Shown in pieces: positions 26,334 to 35,703 of a stretch of 54,127 nucleotides of DNA. This stretch comes from a virus. Taxonomy: Duplodnaviria; Heunggongvirae; Uroviricota; Caudoviricetes. The position numbers and the translations under genes are program-made. The stretch covers positions 98,516 to 152,642 of IMG/VR virus record IMGVR_UViG_3300028327_000833, one strand, 5' to 3'. How positions within the stretch are numbered: position 1 is the stretch's first letter; the number at the start of each line of letters is the position of its first letter. A model generated the notes under the pieces. It saw nothing but the letters and a program-made list of their open reading frames with translations, searched no databases and had not been told where the DNA came from.

Positions 26334-28040
26334 ATGGGATTCTTCGGCGGACGGACATTGGGGCGGGCGGCGGTTTTGGCGGCCGCGATGACGGCGATGA
26401 CGGCGGCTACTGCCGTAAAAGCGCAAGGGCAGGGGCCGTGGGACTGTGGAGAGATTCCGGGAACGGTTACGGCGGCGTTGAGCGAAGGGACGCTTACCGT
26501 CAGCGGGAACGGGAAGATGAAAGATTACGGGGCTTATGAAACTCCGTGGTTTCAATTCGCCGGTTACGACAATATCATTCGGGCGGTTGTTGAGGACGGC
26601 ATAACATCCGTAGGCAAAAACTCCTTTTCTGATTTACATGACTTAATGACGGTCACTCTGAATAATAGTGTAACCGCTATCGGGCAGAGTGCATTTATCC
26701 GTTGCAATAGACTATCGTTAGTGCTTATCGGTAATCAGGTAAATTCTATAGCTTCTTGGGCGTTTGGGGATTGTGACAAATTAGCTTTTATTATCCTGCT
26801 AAACCCCGCTCCGCCGTCCGCCGCCGTCACCGCATTCGATAATACAGACAAAAACAACGTTTGCATATATGTTCCAGGAAATAAAATCGGAGCGTATATC
26901 GCAGCGGACGGTTGGAGCGGCTTCTCCTGCATCAAAGACGCCGATAAGTTTTCCGCTGTGATATTCGACTCCCGCGGAGGCGGAGACACCGATCCGCAGA
27001 TGGCGGAACGCAACGGCAAACTATTGAGACCCGTCGACCCGTCCCCGCCCGTCGCGCTCTCCGACCGAGTTTTCGCGGGCTGGTACAAAGACCCTGCATA
27101 TTCGGCCGAATGGGATTTTAACGACGGCGTAACCGCGAATATGACGCTTTACGCCAAATGGATAAAGGGCTATACCGTCACATGGAATGCTTACGGCGGA
27201 GCCCCCGCCCCTACGCAAACGTCGGTCGTCGACGGAGGCGTCATAACGGCCCCCGCCGCCGTGACGAAAGCGGGATATACATTCGGCGGGTGGTACGGCG
27301 ACGCCTCTTTTACGGCGGCCGTAACATTCCCGGTTACGGACGTAAAAGAATCCAAAACCTTTTACGCCAAGTGGTCAGGAGCCGCCGTAACGGAGATTAC
27401 GGACGTTCCAAGCGCGGTCGAGATTAGAAAGCAGGTCGTTTTAAACGCGACAGTGCTCCCGTATAACGCCACAAACACGGCGATTGTATGGAGCGTGGTA
27501 GACGCCGGAACCACAGACGCCGAAATCTACAACGGCAACAGGCTTGTTGCGATGTCCGACGGAGTCATAAAACTAAAGGCGACCGTCGCCGGCGGTAAGG
27601 CCGACGGAACGGACTACGAACAATTCTTCACTGTTGTCGCGGGCTCCTCCGATGCGGTGGCATCCACCGGCCGCGCAATACCGCGGCTCAATGCGGCGGA
27701 GACGGCATCGATAGTCCCGATAACCGCGCCGACGGCCGAATTTACGGCAGGGCCGAATCCCGCGGGTAAATTGTCGGGCGGAGCGAGTCTCTTTTGGCGG
27801 GGAGCACGTATAACCTCCGCGACGCTGTCTGTTTATGACGCTTCGGGTAATGTAGTCAAGGCAGTGGTTATCAGAGACAACGCCGCAGTCGGCGACAACG
27901 GCAGGCGTGCGGTGGGTTCGTGGGACTTAAAAGACCGCAGCGGACGTTCCGCGTCCGAGGGGGTGTATCTGATCAAAGGTTCGATAAAAACCGTCGACGG
28001 CAAACGGACGGCGGTTGCGACTGTTGTCGGAATCAGGTAA
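26334..28040 (+). CDS. Host-type secreted surface protein: signal peptide, BspA-like LRR, two Listeria/Bacteroides (InlB-B) repeats, Ig-like domain, Chitinispirillia-type C-terminal domain
   Basis: GTLTVSGNGKMKDY, VTSIG-type LRR units, FAGWYKD...MTLYAKW and FGGWY...FYAKW, VLNATVLPYNATNTAIVWS, AGPNP...YDASGNVV...SWDLKD...GVYLIKG; alternative GTG start 26319. Confidence 0.85.
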   Translation: MGFFGGRTLGRAAVLAAAMTAMTAATAVKAQGQGPWDCGEIPGTVTAALSEGTLTVSGNGKMKDYGAYETPWFQFAGYDNIIRAVVEDGITSVGKNSFSDLHDLMTVTLNNSVTAIGQSAFIRCNRLSLVLIGNQVNSIASWAFGDCDKLAFIILLNPAPPSAAVTAFDNTDKNNVCIYVPGNKIGAYIAADGWSGFSCIKDADKFSAVIFDSRGGGDTDPQMAERNGKLLRPVDPSPPVALSDRVFAGWYKDPAYSAEWDFNDGVTANMTLYAKWIKGYTVTWNAYGGAPAPTQTSVVDGGVITAPAAVTKAGYTFGGWYGDASFTAAVTFPVTDVKESKTFYAKWSGAAVTEITDVPSAVEIRKQVVLNATVLPYNATNTAIVWSVVDAGTTDAEIYNGNRLVAMSDGVIKLKATVAGGKADGTDYEQFFTVVAGSSDAVASTGRAIPRLNAAETASIVPITAPTAEFTAGPNPAGKLSGGASLFWRGARITSATLSVYDASGNVVKAVVIRDNAAVGDNGRRAVGSWDLKDRSGRSASEGVYLIKGSIKTVDGKRTAVATVVGIR

Positions 28041-28066
28041 TTAAGCATTACCCGGGCAAATCCTGT

Positions 28067-31000
28067 TTACGGGTTTGCAGTAATCCACGCGCTCCCGGTC
28101 GCATAGGGCAGCCTCGCACGTCTAGCCCAGGTTGGATTTGGCGAGCCCGGACTTGCGGTGCACACCTCTAGCAATAAACTTGAAGCAGTGCCTGTCCCGT
28201 CAACGATCAACCGCCACGCCCCTATACCAGGAGTGTTCCAGTCGCCGGTGCCTCCCTGGCACACCATGATTCCGTTGCGGTCTATGCGTAACGACCTGGT
28301 TCCGCCAGACTCGCGATATAAAGAAGAGTCGTAATCATGCTGCGCGGTTCTAGTGGCGCTGTTGACATCATAACAGCTGATCGGCCTGTTCGCGCGGATA
28401 AAACCTGCGGTTCCCGCCACCAACTGGATGTTTTGCGCAGAAGCGGAGGACGCGTTTATCTCCAAGGTTCCGCTCGTTTTGGCGATATTGCCCGTCAAGC
28501 TGATGTTTCCGGTCACGTTGAGCGACGGACTGACGCTTACAGTTCCTCCCGTAGCGGCCGTTATGGCGATTTGCTGGTTAGCTGCAGTGTTGGTTATCGT
28601 CAGCGAACCGGTATTTTTCGTGATGTTAGCGAGCGCGGAACCGAAAGTCAATGTTCCGGTCATGGTGTCTCCGCTTTTCAGTACGCAGTTTAAGTCGTTT
28701 CGCATACCCGTGACATTCTGCCAGGTCGGAGCGGCCGTCCCGCTGGCCATGAGATAACCCGCAGTGGAGGCGTTGTTGACGGTAGACGTTATCGACGTCC
28801 CGTTGACGGCGTACATAACGCCGCCCGTCGACAAACCGTTGAACGACGGCGTGGCGGTAGGAGCCGACCAACCGGGGGCTCCGCCTGACTGTATCGTCAG
28901 CACCTGCCCTATCGCCCCGTTCGCCAAAATGCTCACAGCCGTCTGGGTTCCTGCAGCCTTAGAGAGCAAACCTCCGTTACTACGGTTAAGGAATAAGTCG
29001 TCCGTATATACGCTGTTGGGCGTCGGATAACTGCTGTTGCCGAAATTCATAGCCGTCATGCAAGAACTGGAGTTGTCATAGTAACCGCCGACAGACCTTC
29101 CGAAATAGATCCTATCAGAGCAAAAGTATATATATTTGTCGGCATTTGGACTGTACATTCCTGCAACAAGACTTAAATGTTTACCGTGGGCCTCTATGGT
29201 TGCGTCTACATTGCTTCGGTATGCTCTCAGCGACAGCGGCGAAGCGTAACTGCTGCCAACGTCGCTCGAAGCCCCTATAAATACCGTACCCGCGATGTCA
29301 TCGCCGTTACCTCCTGCGGAACTGCCAATCACCAATTTCGTCCGCCCTGACGTTTGCGCCCAAGGCGACCACGAGCTTCCGTTATAACCCCGTTGATACA
29401 CCTTATCACCGCTTGATGCGATCTGCAGAACATTCGTGCTGTTCGGGGCGGATACCAGAAGATTCCAATAACCCCCGCCTCCGATGAAAGGAGCATTAGA
29501 CGCCGCGGTGGTCGTCCCGGACATTAAATACACCCCGGATTCCATTATAGCGTTCCAATTTGAAGTTGCGTTGGCGTATGTTGTAATAAGATCCCTCACA
29601 AATCCGGTTCCTGAGACGTTAGCCGCGGTAATCGACGACCACGCCGGAGCTCCCGAGTTATTCTGAGCCAATACCCTGAACCCGCTTGAATTCGTTCCCG
29701 CCGTCGCGGGCGCGGGCACGAGGCCTTGACCCGTCGTAGAGTTCGCGGCGACAGGTATCGTAATAGTGCCCGCAGAACTCGCGTTCACGTTGAACGACCC
29801 GAACTCTCGCACCGTAGTTCCGCTGCCTTGAATAGTTATAGTTGCATCGTTGGCGGCGGCCCAAGGCACGTCGACACCTAACTGCCCGTCGCTGTTTGCG
29901 CGCACGGGATAAGTTCTGTTAGGCGTATTGGAGTTAGTCGAAGTAAAAGCTCCGGTTAAAGTGGCAGTCGACCCTAACGGCGCATTCTCCAGTAATTGCC
30001 ATGCTGTGCCGTCGTATTGAAAAAACAGCAGTCTGTTGGCAGGCAATAAGTATGCGGCGTTAGCAGTGCTTAGAGCGGATCCTTTATATTGAACAGCGGT
30101 CGCGGTTGCCCCGCTTACAGCTAACGTGATGTTTGACGTGGCGGTGTTGGCAACGGTAAACGTAACTCCGATAACTGCGCCCTTAACAAGCGTATACCCG
30201 GTCGGGACGGAACTGAGAGTAACGACTTTAGCAGCTGCAGCTGCAGCTGTCGGACTCGTTCCGTACAGTATTGCAGGATTCAAGGGCGTTCCGAGAGACC
30301 CCGAAGTCCCGGAATAAGTATATATGTTACCGGTTGTTCCCGCCGGAAACAAATTTTGTTTCACATCCGCGTTCAGTTTCACGTTAGTGATAGCGCCGTC
30401 CGTTATCCCGCCAGTCGCGATTTGACCGAACGCGAGAGACGTGCCGCTTCTGCGGAGCACGTAATTGTCGCTTGCAGTCGCCGAAATCTCGGAAATAGCC
30501 GCGGTGGTACTAGACGTGTTGCCTAAAACCGACAGACTGCCGGCTCTCTGCATTTTGGCGTAAGTAACGCCGTTCGCAGCGCTAGTGCTGTCGGGTAGTT
30601 TAACGGTGGTCACCGCACCTGTATCGAGCTTAGCGGTTGTTACGGCGGAGTCAGCGATTTTGACGGAGGTAACTTTGCCGCTGCCGATTGTGAGTTCCTC
30701 GGATCCTGTCACATCGCCGGTATGCGCGGTGTGACTTACCGTGAATTGGTTGCCCGTTCGAACGACGGTGATCCCAGCCCCATTAACCACGGTTGTCAAT
30801 CCCGCGCTGCAAAACTGCGTAAACGTCAACGCGGTTGTGCCTAACGTTATGTTATTATCTGTTACCAGCACCCATCCGGTGTCTGCGTTAGCCGTGCCTT
30901 CCTCGACAAACGTAAACGCCCCAGCCGTTACGTTGGCCGCAGAGTTAAAATCGGGCGCGCGTGTCCATGCGTTTGCAGCAACAACGTATATGCCGTTGTT

Positions 31001-31873
31001 CGCAGCCGCCGACTGGTTTTTTACCAATACCCTATTTCCCGCCGACAACCCGATGCCGTCCACGGTTAGCAACCCTGACAGCGATGAGAGGTTTACCGTG
31101 GTGGCAACGCGGACGCTTGCTTTGATGTCGAGACCCTGGATCAGGCCGTCAACGTATTGTTTTGTCGCGGCGTGGAGGTTATTGGTAGGGTCGGCGTTTA
31201 AAGTCAACGCGCCCGTCATAGCGCCGCCCGCCAAGTTCAACTTTCCGGTTAACTGAGCCTGTACGCTTCCTGTGGCGTCTAAATATGCGAGCGCTGTACT
31301 GGTAACGCTTGACGTAGAAATCTTTCCCGAACCGTTCGATATTAGCGCGCGATCTGCGGTCAAATCATTTATAAGAACAGTGGATACGGCGCCGCTTGCG
31401 GCTGTCCACCCGCCCGAAGCATTGCCGACTTGATAATTCGCAGTAGCCTTCGGCTGCTTTGCATCCGCCAAGTCATACGCCGCCTTCACTGCCGCGGGCG
31501 TAGCCGCTAATGTGGAGCTAGTGCTGTTTGTCGAGTTGGACAGTTGCACCACGCCCGTTGCCGATGTCGTAGCGTTCACGCCTTTAACATTTTGAACTGT
31601 GCCGCTTTTAGCGTCAACTGTTATGCCGTTAGACCCGGTAACGGACTGCAAAGCGGTATCCGCCTTAGCCCCTTGCGCCGCCGTAGCGAAAGAGCTCACA
31701 GCCGACGTCCCAGGCTGTCCGCCCGGCGAATCCGGCGCGGTAAGCAGGTTTGACGCCCCAGTGGCGGCGATGCAATCCTGTTTTCCGCCAAGCTTCGCAT
31801 CCACGGCTTCGACGTTGTAGACTTGTTCGTTCAAAGACAGATTTTCAAGCGTTTTCGGGGAATTTACAGCCAT
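28067..31873 (-). CDS. Long tail fibre protein
   Basis: ATTSATGVVQLSNSTNSTSSTLAATPAAVKAAYD fibre repeat, ADPTNNLHAATKQYVD, SVRVATT...RVLVKNQ...NGIYV, knob-like WNAIMESGVY; late promoter 31913-31944. Confidence 0.9.
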   Translation of the reverse strand: MAVNSPKTLENLSLNEQVYNVEAVDAKLGGKQDCIAATGASNLLTAPDSPGGQPGTSAVSSFATAAQGAKADTALQSVTGSNGITVDAKSGTVQNVKGVNATTSATGVVQLSNSTNSTSSTLAATPAAVKAAYDLADAKQPKATANYQVGNASGGWTAASGAVSTVLINDLTADRALISNGSGKISTSSVTSTALAYLDATGSVQAQLTGKLNLAGGAMTGALTLNADPTNNLHAATKQYVDGLIQGLDIKASVRVATTVNLSSLSGLLTVDGIGLSAGNRVLVKNQSAAANNGIYVVAANAWTRAPDFNSAANVTAGAFTFVEEGTANADTGWVLVTDNNITLGTTALTFTQFCSAGLTTVVNGAGITVVRTGNQFTVSHTAHTGDVTGSEELTIGSGKVTSVKIADSAVTTAKLDTGAVTTVKLPDSTSAANGVTYAKMQRAGSLSVLGNTSSTTAAISEISATASDNYVLRRSGTSLAFGQIATGGITDGAITNVKLNADVKQNLFPAGTTGNIYTYSGTSGSLGTPLNPAILYGTSPTAAAAAAKVVTLSSVPTGYTLVKGAVIGVTFTVANTATSNITLAVSGATATAVQYKGSALSTANAAYLLPANRLLFFQYDGTAWQLLENAPLGSTATLTGAFTSTNSNTPNRTYPVRANSDGQLGVDVPWAAANDATITIQGSGTTVREFGSFNVNASSAGTITIPVAANSTTGQGLVPAPATAGTNSSGFRVLAQNNSGAPAWSSITAANVSGTGFVRDLITTYANATSNWNAIMESGVYLMSGTTTAASNAPFIGGGGYWNLLVSAPNSTNVLQIASSGDKVYQRGYNGSSWSPWAQTSGRTKLVIGSSAGGNGDDIAGTVFIGASSDVGSSYASPLSLRAYRSNVDATIEAHGKHLSLVAGMYSPNADKYIYFCSDRIYFGRSVGGYYDNSSSCMTAMNFGNSSYPTPNSVYTDDLFLNRSNGGLLSKAAGTQTAVSILANGAIGQVLTIQSGGAPGWSAPTATPSFNGLSTGGVMYAVNGTSITSTVNNASTAGYLMASGTAAPTWQNVTGMRNDLNCVLKSGDTMTGTLTFGSALANITKNTGSLTITNTAANQQIAITAATGGTVSVSPSLNVTGNISLTGNIAKTSGTLEINASSASAQNIQLVAGTAGFIRANRPISCYDVNSATRTAQHDYDSSLYRESGGTRSLRIDRNGIMVCQGGTGDWNTPGIGAWRLIVDGTGTASSLLLEVCTASPGSPNPTWARRARLPYATGSAWITANP

Positions 31874-32016
31874 AGCTAAACCTCATGTTAAGGGTTATGC
31901 TTCTATACACCCTAAAGATAGCGAATTTCCGCGAAATTAGCAAATCCGCGAGGCCGTCCAGGACGTTCTGGACGGCTCGGCGGAATTCGGGAGTCCGGCA
32001 CGGCGGCTCCTACGGG

Positions 32017-34044
32017 TTAGGGGGTCAATGAATGCGAGACCCACCTGTCGCCGGGAATAGACACAATATCGGCTGTAACCGCGTATGCGGACTGGCCTGC
32101 GGACGAGACCTCCGTGATACGGTAAAGATACTTTTTAACCGTACCGTAAATAATATCCCCTACCCGCGGAGGCGCGGGCACGCCGTTAATCACTAGGCTG
32201 ACCTCGTCCCCGATCTCAGTCTCTGTAACATCGGTGTCGTCAGCTTCAAAACTAATCGTGCGGTCAAGCAGAGCGTCTGTCGCCGGATCGACAGAAACGA
32301 TCTTACCGCCGGCGTTGACGCCTAAAAGCCGTGTTTTGGTGTATCTCAGCGAAGACAAGTATATGTTCTCGGCCACTAAACCAGACGTAACGGTATCGCC
32401 ATCGTAAGTGAAGTTACCGGTGGAGCCTCCCGAATTCTCCATATCGATGAGGTTAGCGCGGATAGGCGCGCCGTTCTGAAAACGGTAGCCTTTACTCAGC
32501 CCCCCGCCGGTGCAGAACCAGAAACCTTCCTCCCCGTAAAGCCTGACCGATACGTTAGAGGCGCCTGAAACGCCGCCCGTCGCGTGCAAGTTAAAGCCGC
32601 TACCGCTTGCGGTTAGACCGTTGTAGTCGGTGCACGTGTTAAGCCGCATACTCACTGCACTTCCGGCATAGGTCGTATCGCTCGACGCCGAGAGAATTGT
32701 TATATTGTCCATTACGGCCACAGTGGCGTCGACAGCGGTTTTAACGGTGACGCGGCACGTGTTACCGGGCATGGCGCTAACAACTATTGTGTTCGGCTGA
32801 GTCACATGCAGGCCTGTACCCACATCGAGACTAAATTTATACCCGTCTATCAGCGAGCCGCGGTCTGAACTTAAGTCTGTGCCGTTGTAATAGATTGTCA
32901 CCTCGCCATTGGAAGAGGGAGTCTCAAACGTAATGCTCCGATTCGGGTATAGCGTAAAACGCGAATTTTCGCCGATTACGCTCCCCGCCCCAAGCATAGT
33001 TACCCCGATAGGTTTTGGCGAAAATACGATACCGCCGTTTTCAGCGCCGTACCGCCCCTTCATCTCAAGCGCTCCGGTCATAACGTCGCCCGATTTCCGT
33101 ACAAAACCGTCAAGATCGGTCTGCGTGACATCCCCGCCTGAAGCGGAAATGATGCTGCCGTCTAACAGCCAAACCCCAGTGTCGCCTGAAATAACATAAG
33201 CTGCCTCGCTAACTCTGCCTATTAGACCCGTCGGAGCGCCTCCGGAGTCTGTATCTACCAAAAGGTCTCCCGCTTTAGGCGCCAAATTCGGATCCGTCAG
33301 GCCAGAATTATACGCGCTAAATTGCGCTCCGACATGATCGCACAGTCCGCCCGAATCAGCTGACCACCCGCTCAAACCGCGTACAAAGTGGCTCGCTTGC
33401 CCAACGTCAGTCTTTAAGACTATATCGTCCACACTTATTGGGCTGTAGGCTACCTCCGCGTCTTTGTTAGCCACCGTCACGACGATGTTGCCGTTGGCTA
33501 ACGGCGTTGCGTCGAACTTGTTCATCTTGTCGGCAACGGCGGCCTCGTCCCAAGAGTAGGTGACGTCGTACTCCCAAGTAATAACGCCCTGTTTATTGAC
33601 ACCCCTAACCACAAAACGCACTGGATGATTCTCGGATTCAGGTTCAATGGGAGAGGCGCCGTCAGGCTTATTCGCGTTGTAGTACGCTAAATCTGCAGGT
33701 TTAAGTTTTCGTACGGTAATAAAGTCGTTTACGGTAACTGGCCTGCCTTTAAAGTCACTCTTACTCAAAGGGGTATTCGGAGGTTCTTTTAGAAAACTGT
33801 CGAACGCCCCCAAATAAGACCCGATCTCGTCGAGAGAGGTAACTCTGCCGTTCAGCTCCTCGAAGATGCTGTTGATCGCGGGGACGTTGTAGACCTCTTT
33901 CGCGCCGCGAGCTTCCAGACCCGCAACACCTAAGTCGCTCTCACCTGCGATGTTGCTGTCTACCGTTATCTTCACGTTCTCGTTTTCCAGCGCGCGCGAT
34001 CCGGCTCGCCAATTCAACTCGCTGATGTAATTACTGTCGGCCAT
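32017..34044 (-). CDS. Tail fibre / baseplate-attached protein
   Basis: FVRKSGDVMTGAL fibre motif; TVNDF module shared with 46892-47374; between baseplate and fibre genes. Confidence 0.65.
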   Translation of the reverse strand: MADSNYISELNWRAGSRALENENVKITVDSNIAGESDLGVAGLEARGAKEVYNVPAINSIFEELNGRVTSLDEIGSYLGAFDSFLKEPPNTPLSKSDFKGRPVTVNDFITVRKLKPADLAYYNANKPDGASPIEPESENHPVRFVVRGVNKQGVITWEYDVTYSWDEAAVADKMNKFDATPLANGNIVVTVANKDAEVAYSPISVDDIVLKTDVGQASHFVRGLSGWSADSGGLCDHVGAQFSAYNSGLTDPNLAPKAGDLLVDTDSGGAPTGLIGRVSEAAYVISGDTGVWLLDGSIISASGGDVTQTDLDGFVRKSGDVMTGALEMKGRYGAENGGIVFSPKPIGVTMLGAGSVIGENSRFTLYPNRSITFETPSSNGEVTIYYNGTDLSSDRGSLIDGYKFSLDVGTGLHVTQPNTIVVSAMPGNTCRVTVKTAVDATVAVMDNITILSASSDTTYAGSAVSMRLNTCTDYNGLTASGSGFNLHATGGVSGASNVSVRLYGEEGFWFCTGGGLSKGYRFQNGAPIRANLIDMENSGGSTGNFTYDGDTVTSGLVAENIYLSSLRYTKTRLLGVNAGGKIVSVDPATDALLDRTISFEADDTDVTETEIGDEVSLVINGVPAPPRVGDIIYGTVKKYLYRITEVSSAGQSAYAVTADIVSIPGDRWVSHSLTP

Positions 34045-34055
34045 GATAAGCCTCC

Positions 34056-34370
34056 TTATTTCTTTATAGGTAAAGTTTTAGGTTTCCAAGTTTCGACATA
34101 ATTTATAATCCGTATATCGCCGTCCTTAACCACTTCTATATGGCCGCCGCCGACAATGTCCAAACTCGTCCCGACTCCGCCCTCTATCGCGGCGGAAATC
34201 TCCCCCACTTTTTCGTCCAGCTTTTCAAAGTTGTAATTAAAATGGCCCACGTCGTAGCCGCACTTCCGGTCGGGCAGAAACAAGTCGATGTTCTCGGTAA
34301 ATTCCCCGATGACCGGCATATCGGGAGGCGGCGGAGGCGGATTTGTAATCGCTGGTTTAGGGAATTTCAT
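34056..34370 (-). CDS. Small tail/baseplate protein
   Basis: ATG 34370 with SD GAGG; FNYNFEKLDEKV resembles fibre N-terminal motif. Confidence 0.55.
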   Translation of the reverse strand: MKFPKPAITNPPPPPPDMPVIGEFTENIDLFLPDRKCGYDVGHFNYNFEKLDEKVGEISAAIEGGVGTSLDIVGGGHIEVVKDGDIRIINYVETWKPKTLPIKK

Positions 34371-34449
34371 AATCGCCTCGCAGACTCTAATAACGTTAGT
34401 TGAAATATACGCGAAAAGCCGCAATTTTCCAAATCGCCGCTTACGCCGT

Positions 34450-35667
34450 TTAAGGAACCGCGCCCGTCGGGAGCGCGTCGGTATAGCGTTTGCGCTGCAG
34501 ACGTTCGTAAGACAGCTGCGCCAAAATAGCGTGTATATACGGCTGCAAGTCGATATGCCTGTTGCGTCCGTCGAAGACCGCGCCGTCCATTCCGTAGTTA
34601 TACTTAAATATGTAACCCTGCGCGTCAACAAGCGGGCGTATGTCGAATATTATGTCTCCGTCCGCTTCATCGGCGTTTATGCCTCTGTCTGTTCCGCTTA
34701 CGGCTTTGTCCAAAACAAACTCGAACGTTCTTCTGCCGTTCCTGTACTTATATTGGGCGAGGCGTATCTTGCAAGCCAAAACCCAATACGGCCTGCCGCG
34801 CTCATCGACGTCTCCCGCGCCTGGAATTATAAGATTCGTTTTAGACAATTTATCGGCGTTAATCTTATGCGGCACGTTGCAGATATAATCTTTGTCTAAA
34901 TACACGACATAGTCGCCGCGCTCGTACGACGAACCCGACGGCCCGTCGCCGACGGCCCGCCCCGACTGAGACCACGCGCGCTTCTTGCCGTCCGGCATAA
35001 CCTGAAGCACGGCTAACTCCGTGAAATCGAATTCCGCGCCGTTGTAAGCCGCCGAAGGGTCGATAACGGCGACGGTCTGTCCGGCTTTGAAATTGTATCC
35101 GGTAACGGTGTACCACATGCCGCTTTCGTCGAATTCGATTATTCTGCCTACGGGCATCATAAAATCGCTTGTATGCCGCTCGCAAGGCAGCATTCGGTTC
35201 TCTAAGCCGAGCCGCACCCAATCCGCGCGGTAGTTCAGCTCCCAATAAATCTCGGAATACCTCTCGATCGTCTGCCTGACAATCGGAAACCACTGATAAT
35301 GCGGCGGAGTGACGGATTCCAGCCAGTTCGGCTCGCAAACTTCCACAGTCCTTTTTATGACGTCCGCGCCGTCTCCGCCGCCGTAATTTTTTATAAACTT
35401 AGGCGTGACCCCGCCGTCGCCTATCGGATAGTTCTCAAACTTATATTCTAAATTATAAACGCCTTTCTTGGCGGAATTCACGCTTCCGTACCTGCGGCAG
35501 TGCATCGACACGTCTTTGATCGGCCTCCAGTACCCCGCGGTTTCGTCCCAAACCGCCAGCTCGCAGTACACGCCGTTGTCAGTCCAAGCGGATCTGAGCG
35601 GGATTTGCTCGACGTAGCCGTCCCTCTCTACCCACGACGGTACGTAACGTATTCCATAGTGCGCCAT
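34450..35667 (-). CDS. Baseplate wedge-associated protein with Ig-like and CBM-like inserts
   Basis: Follows gp6-like gene; GSVNSAKKGVYNLEY...VIKRTVEV (DUF5011-like), YERGDYVVYLDKDYIC (CBM5/12-like). Confidence 0.5.
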   Translation of the reverse strand: MAHYGIRYVPSWVERDGYVEQIPLRSAWTDNGVYCELAVWDETAGYWRPIKDVSMHCRRYGSVNSAKKGVYNLEYKFENYPIGDGGVTPKFIKNYGGGDGADVIKRTVEVCEPNWLESVTPPHYQWFPIVRQTIERYSEIYWELNYRADWVRLGLENRMLPCERHTSDFMMPVGRIIEFDESGMWYTVTGYNFKAGQTVAVIDPSAAYNGAEFDFTELAVLQVMPDGKKRAWSQSGRAVGDGPSGSSYERGDYVVYLDKDYICNVPHKINADKLSKTNLIIPGAGDVDERGRPYWVLACKIRLAQYKYRNGRRTFEFVLDKAVSGTDRGINADEADGDIIFDIRPLVDAQGYIFKYNYGMDGAVFDGRNRHIDLQPYIHAILAQLSYERLQRKRYTDALPTGAVP

Positions 35668-35703
35668 GTGAGATCCGCTCCCGGCTTGATAACAGTAGAT
35701 CGA

